This document shows positions 52,708-64,000 of a DNA stretch of 64,000 nt, one piece after another. The DNA is from Balanoglossus misakiensis (Eukaryota > Animalia > Hemichordata). Location: assembly GCA_040954595.2 (NCBI GenBank), contig CM082594.2, positions 11,660,276 to 11,724,275 of the forward strand, in the 5' to 3' direction. Each line of letters opens with the position of its first letter. The stretch's first letter is position 1. Under the pieces are notes generated by a model. It saw only the letters and a list, made by a program, of their open reading frames with translations. It was not told the DNA's origin and did not search any database. Both the position numbers and the translations under genes were made by a program.

Positions 52708-54085
52708 GTATTTTATCCCAATCGCCAGAATCTTGCAGTATTCTTTAATACTTTACAAATATAAAATTGGGGTGCAAAGTTGCATACAGAAACTTTGAGC
52801 CATTTTTATCTGTTATATATTTATCTCAAATGCTTTTACTGTGCCAAACATAAACATTATATATGGAGTTATAACACTGGAGTCTTCCAAAGACATATCT
52901 CCCATGCACTCTAAATTTTATCCTTACTGGACTATGTACATGACCTCTATGATCATATATGTTGAAAGCCAAGCTGCTGATAAAAGTGACATTTTAAATT
53001 GCCTGCCCTTATCACTGTTTTAAGTGTGGGGAAGTAAGGAGCTACAGGTACATGTATGGATCCTTGCTCTTCATCCATGGAAATGGGTCTGTTGTCTTAC
53101 CTTGTGGTAGCAAACTGAGGTTCATGAAAATTGACAATGACTCCTCACAGTGGTTGATTGTACATTTCTTGATTTTATTTGCATGTTTGAATTGAGAATA
53201 TTAATTGGCATCAAGAATTTGTCAATATGTCTGTTTTCAGAGTCTGTGTACAAATAATATTGTGGTTGTGAAGTGACTGGTACATTGTATATACAAGTGA
53301 AAGTTGTGACTTGTGTATTTTAGAAAGTTGTCTTTTGATGTTGATATGTGCATTTTCAAATTTATTTGCTGAGATTGTGTTTGAGATGTTTAACATCTTG
53401 ATAATGTAATTTTGCATTTTAACATTTTGCCACCTGGCAGATACACACCATTAAAATTGCATCGGTCCATGTTACATGGTTGATAAAGAAATCATTTATG
53501 TTGTGTGTAGCTTGCTGTCAACAAACCAGTGCCTTGCTATAAAACCAATCCCCTCACACGACACCCCACTGCAATTGCAATGACAGGCCACCGGTAAATG
53601 TAAAGTCAGAGGCAAAACTATTCCATCATTCAGGTGTACTTTGTTTGTCATAAAGTGCACCTGAGATGTGGAACCAATATGGCTCTAACATTAAATATTT
53701 CATTCACTGATGGATGAAAAGATTGATGCAAGCAAAATTTGACAAGATTATGGATGGTGAAAACAAAAGTTCAATTTTTGAAAAGAACATTTCAATAAAA
53801 CTCATCAATGTTTTCCTCTACCATATTCAATAGTGAATCATTGACTATTGCCACACATCATAACGAGTTGCAAAATGTTAACAGTAAGTTTTATATTTGA
53901 CAAAATATATAAGAATGAATATTGTGAAAAACCTGACTCATAGACATTAAATACATATATAGGATATCAATAAGTATGAGTTAAATATGATCATGAAGCC
54001 ATAAATGTCACTCATGTCATACAATTCTATAATTTATCATTTGAAGTTTGCCTTTTTATGACCATGACATTAGATTTATAAGTAA

Positions 54086-55153
54086 TCATCCATTATTATT
54101 ACCATTTAAAGCTTTTTGTATTTTGTAATTCGAATATGTGTGAAAAATGAACACTAAAAGAGCACTGGATAAAACCAAAGCGGCTCCTACAAGTTCATAG
54201 GCTTTCACGTGATTGTGCAGAAAAACAAAATCCAGTATGTAGGAGCAGACTACTTGGATGTTTATCAACAATGCAACTGTGGCGGCGCTCTCCAGCTGGA
54301 GACTCCTGTAGATGGCGCCCATGGTTACGGAGTTGAGAATCGCTTCAGCCGTAACTATTGCCAGTGCTTCCGCGTTATATTCGAGTAGTGGTAATCCCTT
54401 AACAAGTAGACAGATATAGGCTACGATGAATGAGAAAACAGCCCGGTACAGGAGTATAACAGACAACTGGGCACGAGTACCCATGATTCTTCCCATGACT
54501 ATCGTAAGTGAATAGAAAAAAGCGCCCGCTATGGCAGCTATGTAGGCTATGACTTCAGCGTGTGCCTCGGCGTGATCGGGACCCGGTTGACTGCCAAATA
54601 TGAAAGTTGGCCCGGTGATCAGAATTATACCAATAACATTGATAAGCGTGCTAACAGCATCGATGACTTTCCATTTTTCTTGCAGGAAGCAGCAGGCGAG
54701 TAGTGGTGTGATGACCGGATTACTTCCACTGAATATAGCGTTGATGTTCCCCACGGGAGCTCTTGATAAAGAATAAAAATGTAACATCTTGGTCGCCAGT
54801 CCTGGTACAGCGTTCAGTAACAACAGAATCTGTGTTTTGTTGTCTGGCTCCAAGACATCCATTCGATAATATACAATCGGAACGACGGTAATTATGGCCA
54901 AAACTATGCCCTCGAAAAAGATCACTTGGAACTCGGAAACGCCGTAATCTGTTGCTATGGCTACCAGTCCACTAACTATCGCATATCCAATGCCGTGCAT
55001 TACAGCTAAGGAAACGCCGAACATGGATCGCAGTAATTTGGAACTCAAACATTTTAACCGAGTAGGATTTCCTCGCCTTTTTTGTTCATCTTCACTTGCG
55101 AACAAGTACTGCATATCACTTGCAGAGATCATTTCGAACTCCTCGATGGTCAT
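54086..55153 (-). CDS. SLC35G-like EamA/drug-metabolite (DMT) transporter, intronless CDS, 355 aa
   Basis: About 10 hydrophobic helices in two EamA-like repeats. Motifs FYSLSRAPVG...NPVITPLLACCFLQEK and YRSLQLESAATVALL.NIQVV..YI.D..F are typical of SLC35G1. Confidence 0.88.
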   Translation of the reverse strand: MTIEEFEMISASDMQYLFASEDEQKRRGNPTRLKCLSSKLLRSMFGVSLAVMHGIGYAIVSGLVAIATDYGVSEFQVIFFEGIVLAIITVVPIVYYRMDVLEPDNKTQILLLLNAVPGLATKMLHFYSLSRAPVGNINAIFSGSNPVITPLLACCFLQEKWKVIDAVSTLINVIGIILITGPTFIFGSQPGPDHAEAHAEVIAYIAAIAGAFFYSLTIVMGRIMGTRAQLSVILLYRAVFSFIVAYICLLVKGLPLLEYNAEALAIVTAEAILNSVTMGAIYRSLQLESAATVALLINIQVVCSYILDFVFLHNHVKAYELVGAALVLSSALLVFIFHTYSNYKIQKALNGNNNG

Positions 55154-57471
55154 GATGAAAACAGGAAGAGTTGTCTGTATCTCCAGCTAGTCTCGGAAGA
55201 CGCTCTTGATCCCCTCTGTCTAAGGTGCCTTAAGAGACAATATACAAGAATATGAACTAAAAAATAGTCCGATCGGTCCTCGGAAACGATCATCCTAAAC
55301 GATGCAGTCAGAAACAGAATTCTTAATAGTTAAAAAATCAAAATAATTCAATATGTCATTGTATAACTATAACATGCTCAATGGCCATATGAGCATGAAC
55401 TAACCATATTGCGATAATTGGGTTGAATGAAGTTTAACTGTCAGCTGTTTTAAGCGGCGAGCTTGCGTGCATTATAGAATTAACAGCAATGTTTGCGGAA
55501 ATTTAAAATCTAATCAGCGTTAACATTGATTTGATTCAAATGATTTGATTAAAACGTTTACAAATTGCGAAGAGAGTGGCTAATTAAGACTTTCTGTCGT
55601 ATCCGGCAGGCAGTGAAGAAAACAACAGCTAGTTAAATGTTTTTAAAAGACAAAAATTGAATTAATGAAAATGCCACTTTCAGACTTTCATTCTTTGAGT
55701 TAACCACACATTTTCCCTCCAATAAATTAGAGCAATTATGACTGAATGAATCACCACAGCAGATCACTTTCCCACACGGTAATTGAGAGAATAAAAAAAG
55801 CCGGAGTACCCGGGGATCTGGGGACAACTATTCATCGCAATATTCCCATTGCTGTTTAAAGAGACCATCACAATCTCACGGTGACACACAACATTGTAGT
55901 TGATTGTCAATTATATTCAGTCTTGTCAAGTTAGCTTTGGATTTAGATTAGCGACGAATTTTCCTCGCTGTGATGAGTGGGCGTGGCCAATATGAAAGAA
56001 TCGAGCCGAGAATGTGTTTAGAATTATTCTTGTGTTCAACTCTGTTATTTAGAACTCAAGGTCTTGCGCTACAATTTACATTAATCAAATTAAGACCAGA
56101 CAGACTCTCCTGTGTCTTGCATTGTGTGTGGTTTGGTGTTGGCGCACTTATTTTTCGCGTGGCCACAAAAGTAGTATATCTGGCAAGATGTATGAACACA
56201 AAATACTCAAAGGAATCAGAACTGATAAGATTACAGAGACTGAAATTGAATCCAAATAATCGTGATAGCTTTATCTTAAGTCAGTAGTGGGATATCGATC
56301 TGTGGTGATTCTCTTTGACATAAAATCGTTTGATTGACTTCAGTGTAAACACAGGAAGGTTAATCCTTCATGTTATTTTCTCTTGGCATGTATGTAAATA
56401 TTCGAGGTGAATCTGTACCATATTCCTTGATTCACTCGGTTTATTATACTTATATACTCAAATTTAGACAGATTACTTGTTCAATTGTGAGAACAAGAAG
56501 GTACTCAACTTTTGTCAGAGCCACAGAGTTAAATAACCTTAAGGTAGCCTTAGCTTTTAACTGAAACCATTTTCTATGAACAACATACTATATTACTGAC
56601 GATTTGCGCCTTTCTTGTAAGGGATATAGCAAAGCCACCAAAGCCTTTGGCGGGGAATTGTAAAATAATAATCGTTTACGGTTAATGTTGTTGAATGTAG
56701 ATGAGATTGTTTCTAGAGTCGTTACACCATCTACTCTCTTTAAGTCTTGAAGACCTTGTGCGCCGCAGAAATGTGCTTCCGTTCAGAATGCCTTCACCCA
56801 CTGTTACATGGTAATGTTTTCAAATCTGATGTTACGAATTCGTCGTTGTTGATGAACAAAAAACTATTTATACAGCAAATCACGGAGATAGCTTGTAAAA
56901 TGATGACAGAGATAACAACATAAAAATGGAGAAAATCATACCTAATTGCGGATATGATATAGGGATGAAACCGTCCGGTCGATGTGAGACTTCAACGGAA
57001 GATAGTGCAGAGGAACATTTTTCTCAGTGTATGGTGGGATATATTGTCTTTGAACATTACACCTTCTTTGTAGGAAGTGGTGAAGTCATAACTTACCAAT
57101 GATTGATAAAGCAATAAAGTATTTTCTCGCTGTCATTGGATTGTGTACCTCTTCGTTGCAATCTATGTTCAAATAAAATTGTACTGTGACGTGCCTAGAG
57201 AATCGGTCAAATGGTGTCACGCCATCTCCTTCATAGATAACTGTGTTCTTTGAATTTTTCATGTGGAATAATAACGATTTGTCACAAGCAAAGTAAGGGA
57301 TATAAGAACCGGAAATGTCATCAGTCGTTGGATAGAAACGGCGGTACTCATTCGATTAGAATCTTCCATTACATTTGTGAAATCGCGCTACACATTTGAT
57401 AGTCGACTATTACGGCGAAAATTACCTTTACATTTTCATGGATTAGGCCTTATGTCTCATGACAATTGTGG

Positions 57472-60400
57472 AAAAATGACCAAATTTTGAAAATTCGCAA
57501 AGTCGAAAAATCGTCGATTTTTCGCGATTTTCCTGAGCTATAACCCATGGTTTTTTCAAAAAATGACAAAATTTTGAAAATTCGCAAAGTCGAAAAATCG
57601 TCGATTTTTCGCGATTTTCCTGAGCTATAACCCATGGTTTTTTCAAAAAATGACCAAATTTTGAAAATTCGCAAAGTCGAAAAATCGTCGATTTTTCGCG
57701 ATTTTCCTGAGCTATAACCCATGGTTTTTTCAAAAAATGACCAAATTTTGAAAATTCGCAAAGTCGAAAAATCGTCGATTTTTCGCGATTTTCCTGAGCT
57801 ATAACCCATGGTTTTTTCAAAAAATGACCAAATTTTGAAAATTCGCAAAGTCGAAAAATCGTCGATTTTTCGCGATTTTCCTGAGCTATAACCCATGGTT
57901 TTTTCAAAAAATGACCAAATTTTGAAAATTCGCAAAGTCGAAAAATCGTCGATTTTTCGCGATTTTCCTGAGCTATAACCCATGGTTTTTTCAAAAAATG
58001 ACCAAATTTTGAAATTTCGCAAAGTCGAAAAATCGTCGATTTTTCGCGATTTTCCTGAGCTATAACCCATGGTTTTTTCAAAAAATGACCAAATTTTGAA
58101 ATTTCGCAAAGTCGAAAAATCGTCGATTTTTCGCGATTTTCCTGAGCTATAACCCATGGTTTTTTCAAAAAATGACCAAATTTTGAAAATTCGCAAAGTC
58201 GAAAAATCGTCGATTTTTCGCGATTTTCCTGAGCTATAACCCATGGTTTTTTCAAAAAATGACCAAATTTTGAAAATTCGCAAAGTCGAAAAATCGTCGA
58301 TTTTTCGCGATTTTCCTGAGCTATAACCCATGGTTTTTTCAAAAAATGACCAAATTTTGAAAATTAGCAAAGTCGAAAAATCGTCGATTTTTCGCGATTT
58401 TCCTGAGCTATAACCCATGGTTTTTTCAAAAAATGACCAAATTTTGAAAATTCGCAAAGTCGAAAAATCGTCGATTTTTCGCGATTTTCCTGAGCTATAA
58501 CCCATGGTTTTTTCAAAAAATGACCAAATTTTGAAAATTCGCAAAGTCGAAAAATCGTCGATTTTTCGCGATTTTCCTGAGCTATAACCCATGGTTTTTT
58601 CAAAAAATGACCAAATTTTGAAAATTCGCAAAGTCGAAAAATCGTCGATTTTTCGCGATTTTCCTGAGCTATAACCCATGGTTTTTTCAAAAAATGACCA
58701 AATTTTGAAAATTCGCAAAGTCGAAAAATCGTCGATTTTTCGCGATTTTCCTGAGCTATAACCCATGGTTTTTTCAAAAAATGACCAAATTTTGAAAATT
58801 CGCAAAGTCGAAAAATCGTCGATTTTTCGCGATTTTCCTGAGCTATAACCCATGGTTTTTTCAAAAAATGACCAAATTTTGAAAATTCGCAAAGTCGAAA
58901 AATCGTCGATTTTTCGCGATTTTCCTGAGCTATAACCCATGGTTTTTTCAAAAAATGACCAAATTTTGAAAATTCGCAAAGTCGAAAAATCGTCGATTTT
59001 TCGCGATTTTCCTGAGCTATAACCCATGGTTTTTTCAAAAAATGACCAAATTTTGAAAATTCGCAAAGTCGAAAAATCGTCGATTTTTCGCGATTTTCCT
59101 GAGCTATAACCCATGGTTTTTTCAAAAAATGACCAAATTTTGAAAATTAGCAAAGTCGAAAAATCGTCGATTTTTCGCGATTTTCCTGAGCTATAACCCA
59201 TGGTTTTTTCAAAAAATGACCAAATTTTGAAAATTCGCAAAGTCGAAAAATCGTCGATTTTTCGCGATTTTCCTGAGCTATAACCCATGGTTTTTTCAAA
59301 AAATGACCAAATTTTGAAAATTCGCAAAGTCGAAAAATCGTCGATTTTTCGCGATTTTCCTGAGCTATAACCCATGGTTTTTGCAAAAAATGACCAAATT
59401 TTGAAAATTCGCAAAGTCGAAAAATCGTCGATTTTTCGCGATTTTCCTGAGCTATAACCCATGGTTTTTTCAAAAAATGACCAAATTTTGAAAATTCGCA
59501 AAGTCGAAAAATCGTCGATTTTTCGCGATTTTCCTGAGCTATAACCCATGGTTTTTTCAAAAAATGACCAAATTTTGAAAATTCGCAAAGTCGAAAAATC
59601 GTCGATTTTTCGCGATTTTCCTGAGCTATAACCCATGGTTTTTTCAAAAAATGACCAAATTTTGAAAATTCGCAAAGTCGAAAAATCGTCGATTTTTCGC
59701 GATTTTCCTGAGCTATAACCCATGGTTTTTTCAAAAAATGACCAAATTTTGAAAATTCGCAAAGTCGAAAAATCGTCGATTTTTCGCGATTTTCCTGAGC
59801 TATAACCCATGGTTTTTTCAAAAAATGACCAAATTTTGAAAATTCGCAAAGTCGAAAAATCGTCGATTTTTCGCGATTTTCCTGAGCTATAACCCATGGT
59901 TTTTTCAAAAAATGACCAAATTTTGAAAATTCGCAAAGTCGAAAAATCGTCGATTTTTCGCGATTTTCCTGAGCTATAACCCATGGTTTTTTCAAAAAAT
60001 GACCAAATTTTGAAAATTCGCAAAGTCGAAAAATCGTCGATTTTTCGCGATTTTCCTGAGCTATAACCCATGGTTTTTTCAAAAAATGACCAAATTTTGA
60101 AAATTCGCAAAGTCGAAAAATCGTCGATTTTTCGCGATTTTCCTGAGCTATAACCCATGGTTTTTTCAAAAAATGACCAAATTTTGAAATTTCGCAAAGT
60201 CGAAAAATCGTCGATTTTTCGCGATTTTCCTGAGCTATAACCCATGGTTTTTTCAAAAAATGACCAAATTTTGAAATTTCGCAAAGTCGAAAAATCGTCG
60301 ATTTTTCGCGATTTTCCTGAGCTATAACCCATGGTTTTTTCAAAAAATGACCAAATTTTGAAAATTCGCAAAGTCGAAAAAAAGTCGATTTTTCGCGATT

Positions 60401-63400
60401 TTCCTGAGCTATAACCCATGGTTTTTTCAAAAAATGACCAAATTTTGAAAATTCGCAAAGTCGAAAAATCGTCGATTTTTCGCGATTTTCCTGAGCTATA
60501 ACCCATGGTTTTTTCAAAAAATGACCAAATTTTGAAAATTCGCAAAGTCGAAAAATCGTCGATTTTTCGCGATTTTCCTGAGCTATAACCCATGGTTTTT
60601 TCAAAAAATGACCAAATTTTGAAAATTCGCAAAGTCGAAAAATCGTCGATTTTTCGCGATTTTCCTGAGCTATAACCCATGGTTTTTTCAAAAAATGACC
60701 AAATTTTGAAAATTAGCAAAGTCGAAAAATCGTCGATTTTTCGCGATTTTCCTGAGCTATAACCCATGGTTTTTTCAAAAAATGACCAAATTTTGAAAAT
60801 TCGCAAAGTCGAAATATCGTCGATTTTTCGCGATTTTCCTGAGCTATAACCCATGGTTTTTTCAAAAAATGACCAAATTTTGAAAATTCGCAAAGTCGAA
60901 AAATCGTCGATTTTTCGCGATTTTCCTGAGCTATAACCCATGGTTTTTTCAAAAAATGACCAAATTTTGAAAATTCGCAAAGTCGAAAAATCGTCGATTT
61001 TTCGCGATTTTCCTGAGCTATAACCCATGGTTTTTTCAAAAAATGACCAAATTTTGAAAATTAGCAAAGTCGAAAAATCGTCGATTTTTCGCGATTTTCC
61101 TGAGCTATAACCCATGGTTTTTTCAAAAAATGACTAAATTTTGAAAATTCGCAAAGTCGAAAAATCGTCGATTTTTCGCGATTTTCCTGAGCTATAACCC
61201 ATGGTTTTTTCAAAAAATGACCAAATTTTGAAAATTCGCAAAGTCGAAAAATCGTCGATTTTTCGCGATTTTCCTGAGCTATAACCCATGTTTTTTTCAA
61301 AAAATGACCAAATTTTGAAAATTCGCAAAGTCGAAAAATCGTCGATTTTTCGCGATTTTCCTGAGCTATAACCCATGGTTTTTTCAAAAAATGACCAAAT
61401 TTTGAAAATTCGCAAAGTCGAAAAATCGTCGATTTTTCGCGATTTTCCTGAGCTATAACCCATGGTTTTTTCAAAAAATGACCAAATTTAAAAAATTCGC
61501 AAAGTCGAAAAATCGTCGATTTTTCGCGATTTTCCTGAGCTATAACCCATGGTTTTTTCAAAAAATGACCAAATTTTGAAAATTCGCAAAGTCGAAAAAT
61601 CGTCGATTTTTCGCGATTTTCCTGAGCTATAACCCATGGTTTTTTCAAAAAATGACCAAATTTTGAAAATTCGCAAAGTCGAAAAATCGTCGATTTTTCG
61701 CGATTTTCCTGAGCTATAACCCATGGTTTTTTCAAAAAATGACCAAATTTTGAAATTTCGCAAAGTCGAAAATTCGTCGATTTTTCGCGATTTTCCTGAG
61801 CTATAACCCATGGTTTTTTCAAAAAATGACCAAATTTTGAAATTTCGCAAAGTCGAAAAATCGTCGATTTTTCGCGATTTTCCTGAGCTATAACCCATGG
61901 TTTTTTCAAAAAATGACCAAATTTTGAAAATTCGCAAAGTCGAAAAAAAGTCGATTTTTCGCGATTTTCCTGAGCTATAACCCATGGTTTTTTCAAAAAA
62001 TGACCAAATTTTGAAAATTCGCAAAGTCGAAAAATCGTCGATTTTTCGCGATTTTCCTGAGCTATAACCCATGGTTTTTTCAAAAAATGACCAAATTTTG
62101 AAAATTCGCAAAGTCGAAAAATCGTCGATTTTTCGCGATTTTCCTGAGCTATAACCCATGGTTTTTTCAAAAAATGACCAAATTTTGAAAATTCGCAAAG
62201 TCGAAAAATCGTCGATTTTTCGCGATTTTCCTGAGCTATAACCCATGGTTTTTTCAAAAAATGACCAAATTTTGAAAATTCGCAAAGTCGAAAAATCGTC
62301 GATTTTTCGCGATTTTCCTGAGCTATAACCCATGGTTTTTTCAAAAAATGACCAAATTTTGAAAATTCGCAAAGTCGAAAAATCGTCGATTTTTCGCGAT
62401 TTTCCTGAGCTATAACCCATGGTTTTTTCAAAAAATGACCAAATTTTGAAAATTCGCAAAGTCGAAAAATCGTCGATTTTTCGCGATTTTCCTGAGCTAT
62501 AACCCATGGTTTTTTCAAAAAATGACCAAATTTTGAAAATTCGCAAAGTCGAAAAATCGTCGATTTTTCGCGATTTTCCTGAGCTATAACCCATGGTTTT
62601 TTCAAAAAATGACCAAATTTTGAAAATTCGCAAAGACGAAAAATCGTCGATTTTTCGCGATTTTCCTGAGCTATAACCCATGGTTTTTTCAAAAAATGAC
62701 TAAATTTTGAAAATTCGCAAAGTCGAAAAATCGTCGATTTTTCGCGATTTTCCTGAGCTATAACCCATGGTTTTTTCAAAAAATGACCAAATTTTGAAAA
62801 TTCGCAAAGTCGAAAAATCGTCGATTTTTCGCGATTTTCCTGAGCTATAACCCATGTTTTTTTCAAAAAATGACCAAATTTTGAAAATTCGCAAAGTCGA
62901 AAAATCGTCGATTTTTCGCGATTTTCCTGAGCTATAACCCATGGTTTTTTCAAAAAATGACCAAATTTTGAAAATTCGCAAAGTCGAAAAATCGTCGATT
63001 TTTCGCGATTTTCCTGAGCTATAACCCATGGTTTTTTCAAAAAATGACCAAATTTAAAAAATTCGCAAAGTCGAAAAATCGTCGATTTTTCGCGATTTTC
63101 CTGAGCTATAACCCATGGTTTTTTCAAAAAATGACCAAATTTTGAAAATTCGCAAAGTCGAAAAATCGTCGATTTTTCGCGATTTTCCTGAGCTATAACC
63201 CATGGTTTTTTCAAAAAATGACCAAATTTTGAAAATTCGCAAAGTCGAAAAATCGTCGATTTTTCGCGATTTTCCTGAGCTATAACCCATGGTTTTTTCA
63301 AAAAATGACCAAATTTTGAAATTTCGCAAAGTCGAAAATTCGTCGATTTTTCGCGATTTTCCTGAGCTATAACCCATGGTTTTTTCAAAAAATGACCAAA

Positions 63401-64000
63401 TTTTGAAATTTCGCAAAGTCGAAAAATCGTCGATTTTTCGCGATTTTCCTGAGCTATAACCCATGGTTTTTTCAAAAAATGACCAAATTTTGAAAATTCG
63501 CAAAGTCGAAAAAAAGTCGATTTTTCGCGATTTTCCTGAGCTATAACCCATGGTTTTTTCAAAAAATGACCAAATTTTGAAAATTCGCAAAGTCGAAAAA
63601 TCGTCGATTTTTCGCGATTTTCCTGAGCTATAACCCATGGTTTTTTCAAAAAATGACCAAATTTTGAAAATTCGCAAAGTCGAAAAATCGTCGATTTTTC
63701 GCGATTTTCCTGAGCTATAACCCATGGTTTTTTCAAAAAATGACCAAATTTTGAAAATTCGCAAAGTCGAAAAATCGTCGATTTTTCGCGATTTTCCTGA
63801 GCTATAACCCATGGTTTTTTCAAAAAATGACCAAATTTTGAAAATTCGCAAAGTCGAAAAATCGTCGATTTTTCGCGATTTTCCTGAGCTATAACCCATG
63901 GTTTTTTCAAAAAATGACCAAATTTTGAAAATTCGCAAAGTCGAAAAATCGTCGATTTTTCGCGATTTTCCTGAGCTATAACCCATGGTTTTTTCAAAAA
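57472..64000. repeat. 87-bp tandem satellite array (~75 copies in window, continues past the end)
   Basis: Monomer aaaaatgaccaaattttgaaaattcgcaaagtcgaaaaatcgtcgatttttcgcgattttcctgagctataacccatggttttttca, repeated with only isolated substitutions and no indels seen. The 29-aa periodicity in the ORF track agrees. Confidence 0.98.

Noticed and set aside
57450-63997. Very long repeat-protein ORFs (up to 1221 aa)
   Set aside because: They are by-products of an 87-bp (3n) satellite. Stops arise and spread in both frames, and there is no unique N- or C-terminal domain.
57472-64000. CRISPR-like array (palindromic repeats)
   Set aside because: There are no unique spacers: whole monomers are identical. 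No cas genes are present and the context is eukaryotic.

Overview
Eukaryotic, AT-rich animal genomic DNA. The gene set and intron style suggest a marine invertebrate deuterostome such as a hemichordate; this is inference only. The first ~15 kb has no supportable coding gene. Next comes a compact gene block: a neuropeptide-type class A GPCR (+), a 15-exon GMC oxidoreductase (-), a CHST/HNK-1ST-family Golgi sulfotransferase (-), a second paralogous GPCR (-), an intronless RING-Bbox-Bbox-coiled-coil TRIM gene (-), a 9-exon RUSC/iporin-like RUN-domain gene (+), a BTB-BACK-Kelch gene (+) and an SLC35G/EamA transporter (-). Two MITE-like elements of different sequence both end in 5'-TAG...CTA-3' and have perfect 9-bp target-site duplications. 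The last 6.5 kb is a highly homogeneous 87-bp satellite rich in dyad symmetry, with a visible 18-monomer (1566-bp) higher-order repeat, running off the window end. Exon models were built by hand from GT-AG sites, phase continuity and family motifs; none has transcript support here.
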